A DNA stretch of 59,219 bases from Gammaproteobacteria bacterium (GCA_020845975.1 JADLET010000005.1:1-59219); one strand, 5' to 3'; shown: positions 21,569-36,775, counted from the stretch's first letter. Translations and numbers: made by a program. Notes: generated by a model not told the origin, from the letters alone.

Positions 21569-22645
21569 TCAACCCAGCGCTGCGGTGATCGCCTCGCCCA
21601 TCTCCTCTGTCCCCACGCGACGCATGTCCGGGGTATGGATATCCGCCGTGCGCAGCCCCTGGTCCAGCACGGTGGATACCGCCTGCTCGATACACCCCGC
21701 GAGCCGCGGCTCGCCCAGCGAATACTTCAGCATCATCGCGACCGACAGTATGGTCCCGATCGGGTTGGCGATACCCTTGCCGGCGATATCCGGCGCGGAG
21801 CCGTGAATCGGTTCGTACATGCCCTGGCCAGACGCATTCAGGGAGGCGGACGGGAGCATGCCGATCGAACCGGTGAGCATCGAGGCGCAGTCGGACAGAA
21901 TGTCGCCGAACATGTTGGTCGTCACCATGACGTCGAACTGCTTCGGCGCGCGCACCAGTTGCATCGCTGCATTATCAACGTACATATGGGTAAGCGCGAC
22001 GTCCGGGTAATCGTGCGCCAGACTCGTCATCACCTCGCGCCACAGCTCGGTGCACTCCAGCACATTCGCCTTGTCGACCGAGCACAGGCGTTTGCCGCGC
22101 TTCTGCGCGGTCTCGAAGGCGACGCGCCCGATGCGTTCGATCTCGGACTCGCTGTAGACGAGGGTATTGAAGCCCTGGCGCTCGCCATTGGCGAGCCGGC
22201 GCACACCACGCGGTTGCCCGAAATAAATGCCGCCGGTCAACTCACGCACGATCATGATGTCGAGACCGCTGACCACCTCCGGCTTTAGCGTGGAGGCACT
22301 GGCGAGCTGCGGATACAGCACGGCGGGACGCAGGTTGGCGAACAGCCCAAGCCCGGAGCGCAGGCCGAGCAGCCCCTTCTCCGGACGCAGCGAGATATCG
22401 AGCGCTTCCCATTGCGTACCACCCACCGCGCCAAGCAGCACCGCATCCGCCGCGCGCGCGCGCAGCAGGGTCTCGTCCGTCAGCGGACTCCCATAGGCCT
22501 CATAGGAAACGCCGCCGACCAGGCCGTGCTCGATCGCAATGTCGAGGCCGAAGTCACGCTGCAGGCGCGCGAGCACCTTGAGCGCCTGCGCCATGATCTC
22601 GGGGCCGATGCCATCACCCGGGAGAACCAGTATCTTCTTGCTCAT
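21569..22645 (-). CDS. leuB: 3-isopropylmalate dehydrogenase
   Basis: 358 aa with [18 protein letters not shown]-like (NMFGDILSD) and [14 protein letters not shown]. Confidence 0.95.
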   Translation of the reverse strand: MSKKILVLPGDGIGPEIMAQALKVLARLQRDFGLDIAIEHGLVGGVSYEAYGSPLTDETLLRARAADAVLLGAVGGTQWEALDISLRPEKGLLGLRSGLGLFANLRPAVLYPQLASASTLKPEVVSGLDIMIVRELTGGIYFGQPRGVRRLANGERQGFNTLVYSESEIERIGRVAFETAQKRGKRLCSVDKANVLECTELWREVMTSLAHDYPDVALTHMYVDNAAMQLVRAPKQFDVMVTTNMFGDILSDCASMLTGSIGMLPSASLNASGQGMYEPIHGSAPDIAGKGIANPIGTILSVAMMLKYSLGEPRLAGCIEQAVSTVLDQGLRTADIHTPDMRRVGTEEMGEAITAALG

Positions 22646-22659
22646 ATTTCCTCAGTCGT

Positions 22660-23319
22660 CTATTTCCCAGCATCCGCCGTGAACAGCCAGGGCGCGGTGC
22701 GCCGGCGGCGCTCCTCATACGCGGCGATGTCGGCGCGATGTTCCAGCGTAAGCCCGATCTCATCGAGCCCGTTCAGCAGGCAGTGCTTGCGGAACGGGTC
22801 GATCGCGAAACCGTGGCGGACACCTGCCGGGGTGGCGATTTCCTGCGCGGCGAGATCGACGGCGAGCGTATAGCCCGGCTCCGCCTCCACCGCCCTGAAC
22901 AGCCCGTCCACCACATCCGCCGGCAGGGCGGCCGGCAGCACGCCGTTCTTGAAGCAGTTGTTATAGAAGATGTCGGCGAAGCTCGGCGCGATGACGACGC
23001 GGAAACCGTAGTCCTCCAGCGCCCAGACCGCGTGCTCGCGCGAGGAGCCGCATCCGAAATTGTCGCGCGCGAGCAGGATGGACGCGTCGCGGTAGCGCGG
23101 CTGATTGAGCACGAAGTCCGGATTGACGACACGCCGCGAGGCATCCATGCCCGGCTCGCCATGATCGAGGTAGCGCCACTCATCGAACAGGTTCGGACCG
23201 AAACCGCTGCGCTTGATCGATTTGAGGAATTGCTTGGGGATGATCGCATCCGTATCGACGTTCACGCGGTCGAGCGGCACCACGATCCCGGTCAGCTTGT
23301 CGAGTTTTTCCATCGCCAT
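22660..23319 (-). CDS. leuD: 3-isopropylmalate dehydratase small subunit
   Basis: 219 aa with [14 protein letters not shown] and [15 protein letters not shown]. Confidence 0.95.
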   Translation of the reverse strand: MAMEKLDKLTGIVVPLDRVNVDTDAIIPKQFLKSIKRSGFGPNLFDEWRYLDHGEPGMDASRRVVNPDFVLNQPRYRDASILLARDNFGCGSSREHAVWALEDYGFRVVIAPSFADIFYNNCFKNGVLPAALPADVVDGLFRAVEAEPGYTLAVDLAAQEIATPAGVRHGFAIDPFRKHCLLNGLDEIGLTLEHRADIAAYEERRRRTAPWLFTADAGK

Positions 23320-23399
23320 CCCCGATCAGTCCCGCGCGCGGGCGCGAAGGCGCCCGCCGCACAAGCGGTCGTTACCGCGCCGCAGCAACTCTCTCCGTC

Positions 23400-23537
23400 T
23401 CATTTCTGCGCCGCGTCCTCGATCTTTTCGCCGGCCTTGGAAATGTCGCGCCCCAGCCCTTTCATGGTTTCACAGCCCGCCAGCCCCATCACCATCAACG
23501 CCAACAGACCCGGCACCAACCAACGTTTCATGCTCAT
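23400..23537 (-). CDS. Small entericidin-like lipoprotein
   Basis: 45 aa, [45 protein letters not shown]: a signal peptide, a lipobox (LAGC) and an entericidin A/B-like tail. ATG 23537 overlaps the leuC TGA (ATGA); ATG 23531 is an alternative start. Confidence 0.6.
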   Translation of the reverse strand: MSMKRWLVPGLLALMVMGLAGCETMKGLGRDISKAGEKIEDAAQK

Positions 23538-24955
23538 GCTCCCAGATGTGAGAATTCCCGTACATCGACAAAATGCCCGGCGATCGCCGCGGCGGCGGCC
23601 ATCGCGGGACTGACCAGATGGGTGCGTCCGCCCGGGCCCTGGCGTCCCTCGAAATTGCGATTCGAGGTCGAAGCGCAGCGCTCGCCCGGCTCGAGCCGGT
23701 CGGCATTCATTGCCAGACACATCGAACAGCCCGGCTCACGCCACTCGAAGCCCGCCGCCGTGAAAATCCGGTCGAGCCCTTCCTCCTCGGCCTGCCGCTT
23801 GACCAGCCCGGAACCCGGCACCACCATCGCCACCTTGACGTTCGCCGCGACATGTCGCCCGCGCACCACCACGGCGGCCGCGCGCAGATCCTCGATGCGC
23901 GAGTTGGTGCAGGAACCGATGAAAATCTTGTCGACCAGGATGTCCCGGATCGGCATGCCCGCGGTCAATCCCATGTACTCCAGCGCCCGCTCCGCGCCGC
24001 GGCGCTTCACCGGGTCGGTGACTTCCTCCGGCCGCGGGACGCGGCCGTCGATCGTTGTCACCATCTCGGGCGAAGTGCCCCAGGTCACCAGCGGCTTGAT
24101 CATCGCGGCGTCGATCTCCACCACGGCATCGAACACCGCGTCCGGGTCGCTCCTCAATCCGCGCCAGAAGGCGACGGCGCGCTCCCACACCTCGCCCCTG
24201 GGTGCGAAGGGACGACCGCGCAGGTATTCGATGGTGATCTCGTCCACCGCGACCATGCCCGCGCGCGCGCCGGCCTCGATGGTCATATTGCACAGCGTCA
24301 TGCGTCCTTCCATCGAAAGCGCGCGCACCGCCGCACCGGAGTATTCGATCACATAGCCGGTGCCTCCGGCGGTGCCGATGCGCTCGATCACCGCCAGCGC
24401 GATGTCCTTGGCGGTGATGCCGGGACCGCACTGGCCTTCGATGCGAATCTGCATCGCGCGCGATTTCTTCTGGTTCAGACACTGCGTGGCCAGCACATGC
24501 TCCACCTCGGAAGTGCCAATGCCGAAGGCGAGCGCGCCGAAGGCGCCATGGGTCGAGGTGTGCGAATCGCCGCACACCACCGTCATGCCTGGCAGCGTGG
24601 CGCCCTCTTCCGGCCCGATCACATGCACGATGCCCTGGCGCGGGTCGTCCATTCTGAACTCGATGATCTCGAATTCGCGACAGTTGCTGTCCAGCGTCTC
24701 GACCTGCTCACGCGACACCGGGTCGCTGATGCCGCGCGCGCGGTCAGTGGTCGGCACATTATGGTCAGGCACCGCGAGCACGCTGGCCGCGCGCCATGGC
24801 CGGCGGCCGGCCAGACGCAGTCCCTCGAAGGCCTGCGGCGAGGTCACCTCGTGCACCAGGTGGCGATCGATATACAGCAGGCAGGTGCCATCGCCGTTAT
24901 CACGCACCACATGATCGTCCCACAATTTGTCGTATAAGGTCTTTGCCATCATCAC
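23534..24955 (-). CDS. leuC: 3-isopropylmalate dehydratase large subunit
   Basis: 473 aa with the aconitase-family motifs ([42 protein letters not shown]). Confidence 0.95.
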   Translation of the reverse strand: MMMAKTLYDKLWDDHVVRDNGDGTCLLYIDRHLVHEVTSPQAFEGLRLAGRRPWRAASVLAVPDHNVPTTDRARGISDPVSREQVETLDSNCREFEIIEFRMDDPRQGIVHVIGPEEGATLPGMTVVCGDSHTSTHGAFGALAFGIGTSEVEHVLATQCLNQKKSRAMQIRIEGQCGPGITAKDIALAVIERIGTAGGTGYVIEYSGAAVRALSMEGRMTLCNMTIEAGARAGMVAVDEITIEYLRGRPFAPRGEVWERAVAFWRGLRSDPDAVFDAVVEIDAAMIKPLVTWGTSPEMVTTIDGRVPRPEEVTDPVKRRGAERALEYMGLTAGMPIRDILVDKIFIGSCTNSRIEDLRAAAVVVRGRHVAANVKVAMVVPGSGLVKRQAEEEGLDRIFTAAGFEWREPGCSMCLAMNADRLEPGERCASTSNRNFEGRQGPGGRTHLVSPAMAAAAAIAGHFVDVREFSHLGA

Positions 24956-25161
24956 ACCCGCAGCTCACCGAATCAGGTCCGGTGCAATCGCTTGTCAGTC
25001 GACTATCTTAACGTATTTCAAGGGCCTGACACACCAACGCGGCGCAAATGCGGCTGCCGTGTTATCATGCCCCGCTCACAGGCACCGCCGATTCGAGACC
25101 ACGCCATGCCGCAACCGACCATGACCGGCAAGCCCGCCGCCTCCGCGCGGAGCCCGCGGCC

Positions 25162-26025
25162 GTGACGGCGCGCCTGCTGGATGGCAAGGCGATTGCCGCC
25201 GGTCTGCGCGACCGGATCCGCCAGCGCGTCGCCGAGCGCCGCACCGAGGGTCTGCGCCCGCCCGGGCTCGCGGTCATCCTGATCGGCGACAACCCCGCCT
25301 CGCAGGTATATGTCGCCAGCAAGCGCAAGGCCTGCGAGGAACTTGGCATCCTGTCCCGCTCCTACGACCTGCCGGCAACCATCACCCAGCCAAAACTGCT
25401 TGAGCTGATTGATGATTTGAACCGGGACGCGGAGATCGACGGCATCCTGGTGCAGCTGCCGCTGCCGGCGCACATCGACTCCGAAACCGTTATCGAGCGT
25501 ATCAGCCCGGACAAGGACGTGGATGGCTTCCACCCCTACAACATCGGGCGCCTGGCCGTGCGCCTGCCGCTGCTGCGTCCATGCACGCCGCACGGCATCA
25601 TGACCCTGCTGAAGCATACCGGTGAATCCCTCTATGGCGTCGAAGCCGTGGTGGTGGGCGCCTCGAACATCGTCGGCCGGCCGATGTCGCTCGAGCTGCT
25701 GCTCGCCGGCTGCACGGTCACCACCTGTCACCGCTTCACGCGCGACCTCGCCGCGCAGGTCGGACGCGCCGAGCTGCTGGTGGTTGCCGCCGGCAAACCG
25801 GGCCTGGTCAAGGGAGAATGGATCCGCCCCGGCGCGACCGTCATCGACGTCGGCATGAACCGCGACGCGCAAGGCAGGCTGGTGGGTGACGTGGAATTCG
25901 ATGCGGCGGCCGAGCGTGCCGCGTGGATAACACCGGTGCCGGGCGGCGTCGGCCCGATGACCGTGGCGACGCTGATGGAGAATACGCTGTGGGCGGCGGA
26001 GACGTTACATAAAACAAAGGACTAA
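25162..26025 (+). CDS. folD: Bifunctional methylenetetrahydrofolate dehydrogenase/cyclohydrolase
   Basis: 287 aa from the in-frame GTG at 25162 ([12 protein letters not shown]..., typical FolD N-terminus), with VQLPLP, GRPM and [10 protein letters not shown]. The longer ATG-initiated ORF from 25048 adds a non-homologous extension. Confidence 0.93.
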   Translation: MTARLLDGKAIAAGLRDRIRQRVAERRTEGLRPPGLAVILIGDNPASQVYVASKRKACEELGILSRSYDLPATITQPKLLELIDDLNRDAEIDGILVQLPLPAHIDSETVIERISPDKDVDGFHPYNIGRLAVRLPLLRPCTPHGIMTLLKHTGESLYGVEAVVVGASNIVGRPMSLELLLAGCTVTTCHRFTRDLAAQVGRAELLVVAAGKPGLVKGEWIRPGATVIDVGMNRDAQGRLVGDVEFDAAAERAAWITPVPGGVGPMTVATLMENTLWAAETLHKTKD

Positions 26026-26043
26026 GGACTGAGTTGGGAAAGG

Positions 26044-26134
26044 CGCGATGGGTAATGGGTGATGGGTAATGCGTTATCTGTACGAGAGCCCCTAGATCTA
26101 ATCACTTCATCACCCATTACCCATCACTCATCAC
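26044..26134. repeat. Heptad-array inverted repeat element, short copy (element A)
   Basis: A left array of ATGGGTR heptads and a right array of CATYACN heptads. There is a perfect 18-bp inverted repeat, GATGGGTAATGGGTGATG (26047-26064) / CATCACCCATTACCCATC (26108-26125). It fills the convergent folD/cysS gap, and both ends recur at 34020-34215. Confidence 0.7.
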
Positions 26135-26147
26135 GCCTCACCAGAAA

Positions 26148-27578
26148 TCATTTTCTCCGCCACGTCGTCCCTTGCTGGCCGTCTTCCAGGATGATGCCCT
26201 GCTGATCGAGCTCATCTCGGACACGGTCGGATTCCGCCCAGTTCTTATTCTTTCTCGCTTCGTTGCGCTTTGCGATCAGGTCTTCGATTGCTTCCGGCGA
26301 ATGTTTCGCGCTCAAGGTACCCGAAAGGGTGAATTCCACATTCATTTGCCCTGTCATGCTACCGATTCGAAGATATGTCTCAGGATCATCTTGCAATAGA
26401 CCTAACACATCTCCGAGCCGCTTCAGCGTCGCAGCGAGTCGCACAGCTTCGCCTTGTCTGTCTTCCGGTTTGGCGCGATTGATCTCGGCGCGCAGTTCGT
26501 TCAATACGGCCAGTGCCTCCGGCGTGTTGAAATCGTCGTCCATGGCCGCTTCGAAACGGGCGACGTATCCCTCGCCTTCACCGGAGGCTTCGCCCGGGGC
26601 CAGGCCGCGCAACGCCAGATAGAAACCGTCCAGCGCCGCGCGCGCGTTGTCGAGGTTCTGATCCGAGTAGTTCAGCGGACTGCGGTAGTGGCTGCTGATG
26701 ATGAAGAACCGCACGACCTCCGGCTTGTAGCGCTTCAGCACCTCGCGCACGGTGAAGAAGTTGCCGAGGGATTTCGACATCTTCTCTTCGTTGATCTGCA
26801 CGAAGCCGTTGTGCATCCAGACGTTGACGAAATGGTGGCCGGTGGCTGCCTCGCTCTGGGCGATTTCGTTCTCATGGTGCGGAAACATCAGGTCCATGCC
26901 GCCGCCGTGGATGTCGAAATGGTCGCCGAGGCAGCGGGTGGACATCGCCGAGCATTCGATGTGCCAGCCGGGACGGCCGGGGCCCCAGGGCGATTCCCAA
27001 CTGGGCTCGCCCGGCTTGGCCGCCTTCCACAGGACGAAATCCAGCGGATCGTCCTTGGCCTCGTCGATGACGACGCGTTCGCCGGCGCGCAGGTCTTCCA
27101 GCTTCTTGCCCGACAGCCTGCCATAGCCGTCGAAGCTGCTGACGTCGTAGTACACATCGCCGTTGCCGGCCGCGTAGGCGTGGCCCTTGCGCATCAGCGC
27201 CTCGATCATGGCGATGATGTCCGCGATCGAGGTCGTCGCGCGCGGCTGCTGATCGGGAGGTAATACACCGAGCGCCGCGGCGTCCTCGTTCATCGCATGA
27301 ATGAAGAAGTCGGTCAGTTGTTCGATCGTCTCGCCGCGCTCGGCCGCGCGCCTGATGATCTTGTCGTCGATATCGGTGATGTTGCGCACATAGGTGACGT
27401 CGAAGCCGCGGCTGCGCAGGTAGCGCGCCACCACGTCGAACACCACCATCACGCGCGCGTGCCCGACGTGGCAATAGTCGTACACGGTCATGCCACACAC
27501 ATACATGCGTACAACACCGGGCTCGATCGGCCGGAAGGTCTCCTTCCGGCGCGTCAAACTGTTGTAGATCTGGAGCAT
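26148..27578 (-). CDS. cysS: Cysteine--tRNA ligase
   Basis: 476 aa with class I motifs HVGHAR (HIGH) and KMSKS, and the zinc-site Cys residues. Confidence 0.95.
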   Translation of the reverse strand: MLQIYNSLTRRKETFRPIEPGVVRMYVCGMTVYDYCHVGHARVMVVFDVVARYLRSRGFDVTYVRNITDIDDKIIRRAAERGETIEQLTDFFIHAMNEDAAALGVLPPDQQPRATTSIADIIAMIEALMRKGHAYAAGNGDVYYDVSSFDGYGRLSGKKLEDLRAGERVVIDEAKDDPLDFVLWKAAKPGEPSWESPWGPGRPGWHIECSAMSTRCLGDHFDIHGGGMDLMFPHHENEIAQSEAATGHHFVNVWMHNGFVQINEEKMSKSLGNFFTVREVLKRYKPEVVRFFIISSHYRSPLNYSDQNLDNARAALDGFYLALRGLAPGEASGEGEGYVARFEAAMDDDFNTPEALAVLNELRAEINRAKPEDRQGEAVRLAATLKRLGDVLGLLQDDPETYLRIGSMTGQMNVEFTLSGTLSAKHSPEAIEDLIAKRNEARKNKNWAESDRVRDELDQQGIILEDGQQGTTWRRK

Positions 27579-27696
27579 CGTTACCTGTCCGTTCCGCCAC
27601 TGGGTCCGCGCAAGCTGGCATGGTAGCCGAAACCGGCGCCGGGTGCCAAAAGTGCGCCCGGTCTGCTAGAATGCGTGACTCACAGATCATTCGCGA

Positions 27697-28323
27697 ATGC
27701 CTCTCGCCATGCCGAAACCGTTGACGATAACCCTGGGGAAACTCCTGCTCATCATGACGACCTTAGCCGCAAACCCATCACACGGCGCCGACGACGCGGC
27801 CCGCGTCCTGTTGCAGACCAGCCAGGGCGACATCACCCTTGAACTCGACCGCGCGAAGGCGCCGGTCACCGTGGACAACTTCCTCACCTACGTGCGCGAC
27901 GGCTTTTACGACGGCACGATCTTCCACCGCGTGATCAAGAATTTCATGATCCAGGGTGGCGGGTTCACGACCGACTACCAGCAGAAACCGACCCGCCCGC
28001 CGATCAAGAACGAGGCGGACAACGGCCTGAAGAACCTGCGCGGCACCATCGCGATGGCGCGAACCTCCAATCCACAGTCGGCCACGGCCCAGTTCTTCAT
28101 CAACACCATCGACAACTCCTTCCTCGATTACCGCGACCAGACGCAGAGCGGCTGGGGTTACGCGGTGTTTGGCAAGGTGGTCTCCGGGAAGGAGACGCTG
28201 GACAAGATCGAAAATCTGCCCACCGGCAGCGGCGGCCCGATCCCGCGCGACGTGCCGAAGACCATGGTCATCATCGAAAAGGCGACCGTTGTCTCCGCCG
28301 GAGACCAGCCGGCGGCGCCCTGA
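27697..28323 (+). CDS. ppiA: Periplasmic peptidyl-prolyl cis-trans isomerase (cyclophilin type)
   Basis: 208 aa with an N-terminal signal-like segment and the cyclophilin core (FHRVIKNFMIQGGGF, GTIAMART, SATAQFFIN, YAVFGKV). Confidence 0.9.
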   Translation: MPLAMPKPLTITLGKLLLIMTTLAANPSHGADDAARVLLQTSQGDITLELDRAKAPVTVDNFLTYVRDGFYDGTIFHRVIKNFMIQGGGFTTDYQQKPTRPPIKNEADNGLKNLRGTIAMARTSNPQSATAQFFINTIDNSFLDYRDQTQSGWGYAVFGKVVSGKETLDKIENLPTGSGGPIPRDVPKTMVIIEKATVVSAGDQPAAP

Positions 28324-28374
28324 AGCGGCGCACCTGAGCGCCGCCCGCCGGGCCGTCCCGTCCGGCGACCGTCC

Positions 28375-29124
28375 ATGACTGTCGCCTTCATCTCCGACCT
28401 GCACCTGTGCGCCGAGCGCCCGGCCATGACCGGGCTTCTGCGCGCCTTTCTGCGCCACCGCCTCCGGCCCGGCGACACGCTGTACATCCTCGGCGACCTG
28501 TTCGAGGCCTGGCTCGGCGATGATGCCGTGCTGCCCGACCAGTCTCCCGTCCTCGCGGAACTGCGCGCGACAGCGGGACGCGGGATCACCCTCTTCTTCA
28601 TGCATGGAAACCGTGACTTTCTCGCCGGCGCGGACTTCAGCGCGCGAAGCGGCTGCCGGCTGCTGGCGGATCCCGCCGTCATTGAGTCCGGCGGCGAGCG
28701 CGTGCTGCTGATGCACGGCGACACACTGTGCATCGATGATCATGAATACCAGACCTACCGCGCGCGCGTGCACAGCCCGGAGTTTCGCGCCCACGTCCTG
28801 TCGCTGACGATCGATGAACGCATCGCGCTGGCCGGACACTACCGCAGCGAGAGCGCGCGCCTCTCGCGCGACAAGCCGCCGGAGATCATGGACGTCAACC
28901 AGGAAGCCGTCGAGACGGCGATGCGCGCCCACGAAGTGCGTCGCCTGATCCACGGCCACACCCACCGCCAGGCGATCCATGAATTCACGCTCGACGGCGC
29001 GCCCGCCTGGCGTTATGTACTCGGCGACTGGTATCGCAGCGGCAGCGCGCTGGAATATTCCGCGGGGAACTATCGCATGGTGAACTTCGATCTGGGCAGC
29101 CTCGGCGGCCATCCGGCGGAATGA
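28375..29124 (+). CDS. lpxH: UDP-2,3-diacylglucosamine diphosphatase
   Basis: 249 aa with calcineurin-like metallophosphoesterase motifs (ISDLHL, GDLFEAW, HGNRDF, HGDTLC, HGHTH). The ppi-lpxH adjacency matches E. coli. Confidence 0.93.
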   Translation: MTVAFISDLHLCAERPAMTGLLRAFLRHRLRPGDTLYILGDLFEAWLGDDAVLPDQSPVLAELRATAGRGITLFFMHGNRDFLAGADFSARSGCRLLADPAVIESGGERVLLMHGDTLCIDDHEYQTYRARVHSPEFRAHVLSLTIDERIALAGHYRSESARLSRDKPPEIMDVNQEAVETAMRAHEVRRLIHGHTHRQAIHEFTLDGAPAWRYVLGDWYRSGSALEYSAGNYRMVNFDLGSLGGHPAE

Positions 29125-29143
29125 GCCACGAGCGCAGGACGGC

Positions 29144-30142
29144 TCACCAGCCCTGGATGTGGCGGCGGATCAGCTCGGCAAGACCATCGATGTGGCCGGG
29201 TCGCTCATTCAGCGCGGGAATGTAGCGGAATCGTCCTCCGCTCGCCTCGACGTACATATCGCGGTTCATCACCGCAATCTCCTCCAGCGTTTCCAGGCAG
29301 TCAGCGGAAAAACCGGGACAGACGACGTCGACGCTCGCCACATTCGAACCACCCCAGGCGCGCAGGGTCTGGTCGGTGTAGGGCTGCAGCCATTCAGCGT
29401 AACCGAAGCGCGACTGGAACGTGACCAGCCAGCGGTCATCGTTCAGGGCAAGTTCGGCGGCAACTAGGCGCGCGGTGCGCTGGCACTGGTCGTAATAGGG
29501 ATCGCCCTGTTCGCGGGTCTTGCGCGGCATGCCGTGAAAGGAAAACAGCAGTCGCTCGGACGCCGGCTGCTGGCGCCAGGCCTCGCGGATGGAATCGGCC
29601 AGTGCGCGGATATACCAGGGCTCGACGTGATAATCGGTCACCACGCGCAGCTCGGGCACGCGTGTCCAGTCCTTGAGCGTCTGCGCGACGGCATCGAAGG
29701 TCGAGGCCGTGGTCGCGGAGGAATACTGCGGATACAGCGGCACCACCAGCAGGCGCTCGGCGCCGGCCGCGCGCAGCTCCGACAGCGCGGCCGGGATCGA
29801 GGGCGAGCCGTAGCGCATGCCGAGGGCGAACACCAGGCGCTCGTCAGCGCCGAAGAGCGCGCGCAGCGCCTGCAACTGGCGCTGCGCAGTCACCAGCAGC
29901 GGCGATCCCTCCGGCGTCCATACGCCTTCATAGAGCCGCGCGGAACGGCGTGGACGCACCTGCAGGATGATGCCGTTGAGCAGCGGCAACCAGAGCCAGC
30001 GCGGCAACGCGACGACGCGGGGGTCGGAGAGGAATTCGCGCAGATAACGCCGCACCGCCGGCGCGGTCGGCTGCTCGGGCGTGCCGAGATTGCTCAGCAG
30101 TACGCCGATGGTTCCCCGTCGCTCCACCCTGTCTTCGCTCAC
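29144..30142 (-). CDS. hemH: Ferrochelatase
   Basis: 332 aa with LLSNLGTP, PLYPQYS, FSFHG and CPGFSADCLETLEE. Confidence 0.95.
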   Translation of the reverse strand: MSEDRVERRGTIGVLLSNLGTPEQPTAPAVRRYLREFLSDPRVVALPRWLWLPLLNGIILQVRPRRSARLYEGVWTPEGSPLLVTAQRQLQALRALFGADERLVFALGMRYGSPSIPAALSELRAAGAERLLVVPLYPQYSSATTASTFDAVAQTLKDWTRVPELRVVTDYHVEPWYIRALADSIREAWRQQPASERLLFSFHGMPRKTREQGDPYYDQCQRTARLVAAELALNDDRWLVTFQSRFGYAEWLQPYTDQTLRAWGGSNVASVDVVCPGFSADCLETLEEIAVMNRDMYVEASGGRFRYIPALNERPGHIDGLAELIRRHIQGW

Positions 30143-30233
30143 GCGTGCCCCCGTGTATTCATTCCAGCTCCGTCCGCGCGCACCGCGCGGTGACCCGGCA
30201 TCTTAGCGGATACCTCCCGCGCCGGGGTACCGA

Positions 30234-32114
30234 TCACCCCGCAGATTCGAGCAACAGCGTGTTCATCCTGCGCACAAAGGCCGCCGGATCCTCCAGCTGC
30301 CCGCCCTCGCTCAGCATCGCCTGCTCGTAGAACAGATGTGCCCAGTCGTCCAGACGGGCGCCACCCTGTTCCCGGTTGAGGGTCTTCACCAGCGGGTGGC
30401 CCGGATTGAGCTCCAGGATCGGCGGGTTCGCCGGCACCTTCTGACCGGTGGCCTCGAGCAGCTTGCGCAGACTCATCCCCATATCGTCCTGTTCCACCAC
30501 CAGGCAGGCTGGCGAATCAGTCAGGCGATGGGTGACACGCACCTCCTTCACCTTGCCACCGAGCGCCGACTTCATGCGCTCGCCCAGACCCTTGAACTCC
30601 TCGGTGACCGCGTCGAGCTCGCGCTTCTCGTCCGCATCCTCCAGCTCGCCCAGCGAAAGTTCGCCCTTGGCGACGGACTGCAGCGGCTTGCCCGCGTATT
30701 CGGTCAGGCCGCTCAGCATCCACTCGTCGACGCGGTCGGACAGCAGCAGCACCTCGATATCCTTCTTGCGGAAGATCTCCAGATGGGGGCTGTTGCGCGC
30801 GGCGAGCGCGGTCTCGGCGGTGATGTAGTAGATCTTGTCCTGGCCAGGCTTCATGCGTCCGATGTAATCGTCGAGGGAGACATCCTGCGTACTGCCCTCG
30901 CCGTGCGTGGTGGCGAAGCGCAGCAGCTTCGCGATCTGCTCGCGGTTGGCGAAATCCTCGGCCGGGCCCTCCTTCATCACGCGACCGAACTCCGACCAGA
31001 ACTCGCGGTACTTCTCCGGTTCGCTCTCGGCCATGTCCTTCAGCAGGCCAAGCACCTTCTTGACCGAGGCGCTGCGAATCACGTCGAGCTGGCGGTTGTG
31101 CTGCAGAATCTCGCGCGACACATTGAGCGGCAGGTCATCGGAATCGACCACGCCGCGCACGAAACGCAGATAGCCGGGCATCAGGCGCTCGGTGTCCTCC
31201 ATGATGAAGACGCGCCGGACATAGAGCTTGACGCCGTGCCCGCGCTCACGATCCCACAGGTCGAACGTCGCGCGCCCGGGGATATACAGCAGGGTGATGT
31301 AGGACTGGGTTCCTTCGACCTGGGTGTGCACATGCGCGAGCGGTTCCTCGAAATCATGCGCCACATGCTTGTAGAACTTGTTGTACTCCTCCGCGGTGAT
31401 GTCCTTGCGCGGGCGCGCCCACAGCGCGGCGGAGCGATTGACCGTCTCCCACTCACCGGCCTTGTCCGCCACCGGCATCTCGACGGGAAGCGACACGCTG
31501 TCGGAATACTTGCGGATGATTCCCCGCAACCGGTGATCATCGAGGAACTCGTCCTCATCGGCACGGAGATGCAGCACGATCTCGGTCCCGCGGCCTTCGC
31601 GCGCCACCGCCTCCAGGGTATAACTTCCCTCGCCGGTCGACTCCCAGCGCACGCCCTGCGCGGGATCGAGGCCGGCGCGGCGCGTCGTCAGTGTGATGCG
31701 CTCCGCCACGATGAAGGCTGAATAGAAACCGACGCCGAACTGGCCGATCAGACGCATGTCCCCGGCCTGATCACCGGTGAGCGACTCGAAGAACTGCCGG
31801 GTGCCGGACTTGGCGATGGTCCCGATATGATCGACCACCTCCTGCCGGCTCATGCCAATGCCGTTGTCCGTAACTGTGAGCGTGCGTGCCTGCCTGTCAT
31901 AGGAAAGGCGCACCCTGAGCGCGGCATCTCCCTCGAACAGTCCCTCGGCGGTCAGGGCCTCGAAACGCAGCTTGTCACAGGCGTCGGAGGCATTGGAGAT
32001 CAGCTCGCGCAGGAATATCTCCTTGTTTGAGTACAAGGAATGAATCATCAACCTGAGCAGCTGCTTCGCCTCGGCCTGGAAATCCAGGGTTTCCTTGGGT
32101 ACTTCGGCGGTCAT
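30234..32114 (-). CDS. htpG: Molecular chaperone HtpG (Hsp90)
   Basis: 626 aa from ATG 32114 ([59 protein letters not shown]). The upstream in-frame extension is not homologous. Confidence 0.95.
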   Translation of the reverse strand: MTAEVPKETLDFQAEAKQLLRLMIHSLYSNKEIFLRELISNASDACDKLRFEALTAEGLFEGDAALRVRLSYDRQARTLTVTDNGIGMSRQEVVDHIGTIAKSGTRQFFESLTGDQAGDMRLIGQFGVGFYSAFIVAERITLTTRRAGLDPAQGVRWESTGEGSYTLEAVAREGRGTEIVLHLRADEDEFLDDHRLRGIIRKYSDSVSLPVEMPVADKAGEWETVNRSAALWARPRKDITAEEYNKFYKHVAHDFEEPLAHVHTQVEGTQSYITLLYIPGRATFDLWDRERGHGVKLYVRRVFIMEDTERLMPGYLRFVRGVVDSDDLPLNVSREILQHNRQLDVIRSASVKKVLGLLKDMAESEPEKYREFWSEFGRVMKEGPAEDFANREQIAKLLRFATTHGEGSTQDVSLDDYIGRMKPGQDKIYYITAETALAARNSPHLEIFRKKDIEVLLLSDRVDEWMLSGLTEYAGKPLQSVAKGELSLGELEDADEKRELDAVTEEFKGLGERMKSALGGKVKEVRVTHRLTDSPACLVVEQDDMGMSLRKLLEATGQKVPANPPILELNPGHPLVKTLNREQGGARLDDWAHLFYEQAMLSEGGQLEDPAAFVRRMNTLLLESAG

Positions 32115-32212
32115 CGTAAATTCAGTCTCCCTGTTGCGATGGATCGGGACATCGTAGCCTGCGCGCCGCGGAGGACGCGGGCCGGGGAAACCCGGCGCAG
32201 CCTGCATGGTAG

Positions 32213-33961
<1,749 letters not shown>

Positions 33962-34019
33962 GGCCGGGGTTGTGCCGCATGCACCAGAATCCGTGGAACC
34001 AGACAGGGCACAGCACTTA

Positions 34020-34215
34020 TTGGTAATGGGTGATGGGTTGTTGCAGATCGTAGCCTGGATGAAGCGCAGCGGAATCCGGGGAAAAATCGCGACAGCCCGG
34101 CATTACGGCGCCACGCGCCTGGATCAGGATTACTTGCTGCGTTCAGCGCGGACACGAAAAACGTGCCCACCCTGCGATTCCTGCCTTAATCACCCATCAC
34201 CCATCACTCATCACC
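34020..34215. repeat. Composite repeat (element B): heptad-array termini enclosing a REP-like unit
   Basis: The left end GGTAATGGGTGATGGGT (34022-34038) is identical to 26051-26067. The right end CACCCATCACCCATCACTCATCAC (34191-34214) matches 26111-26134 at 23 of 24 positions. The internal 34049-34132 resembles the palindromic unit at 36658-36722. Confidence 0.7.
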
Positions 34216-34234
34216 AGCCTTGAGGTAATCCCCC

Positions 34235-36634
<2,400 letters not shown>

Positions 36635-36657
36635 GACTGAGTAAAAAGCCCAAAACA

Positions 36658-36722
36658 CCGGCATTCGTAATCCGGATGAAGCGCGACGGACTCCGGCGCT
36701 ACGCGCCTGCATCCGGATTACG
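36658..36722. repeat. REP-like palindromic unit (element C)
   Basis: A perfect 13-bp inverted repeat, CGTAATCCGGATG (36666-36678) / CATCCGGATTACG (36710-36722), around a 31-nt spacer. By my hand alignment its two halves are about 80-90 percent identical to 34049-34079 and 34106-34132. Confidence 0.65.
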
Positions 36723-36775
36723 ATAACTTGAGTTTTCCATATTTACACTTTCAGCTTTTCTCTTTCCACCGCTTT

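Noticed and set aside
24956-25161. A possible leucine leader peptide or attenuator upstream of leuC.
   Set aside because: The only small upstream ORF on the minus strand ([15 protein letters not shown]) has no Leu run, and there is no terminator/antiterminator pair.
26044-26134. Whether the short tandem heptads could be a CRISPR or minisatellite locus.
   Set aside because: The units are 7 nt with no spacers, arranged as two inverted arrays. There are no cas genes and no repeats of 24-48 nt.
27664-27672. An extended -10-like TGCTAGAAT upstream of ppiA. Other weak promoter-like hexamers occur in the glgC/glgB and glgP upstream regions.
   Set aside because: These are single-element matches without a -35 or transcript evidence, so they are not reported as features.
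33972-34223. An 83-aa ORF between pgm and ppsA.
   Set aside because: It is entirely the translation of the repeat element (heptad arrays give ..SPITHH.., the REP unit gives ..AWMKRSGIRG..). There is no SD and no coding signature.
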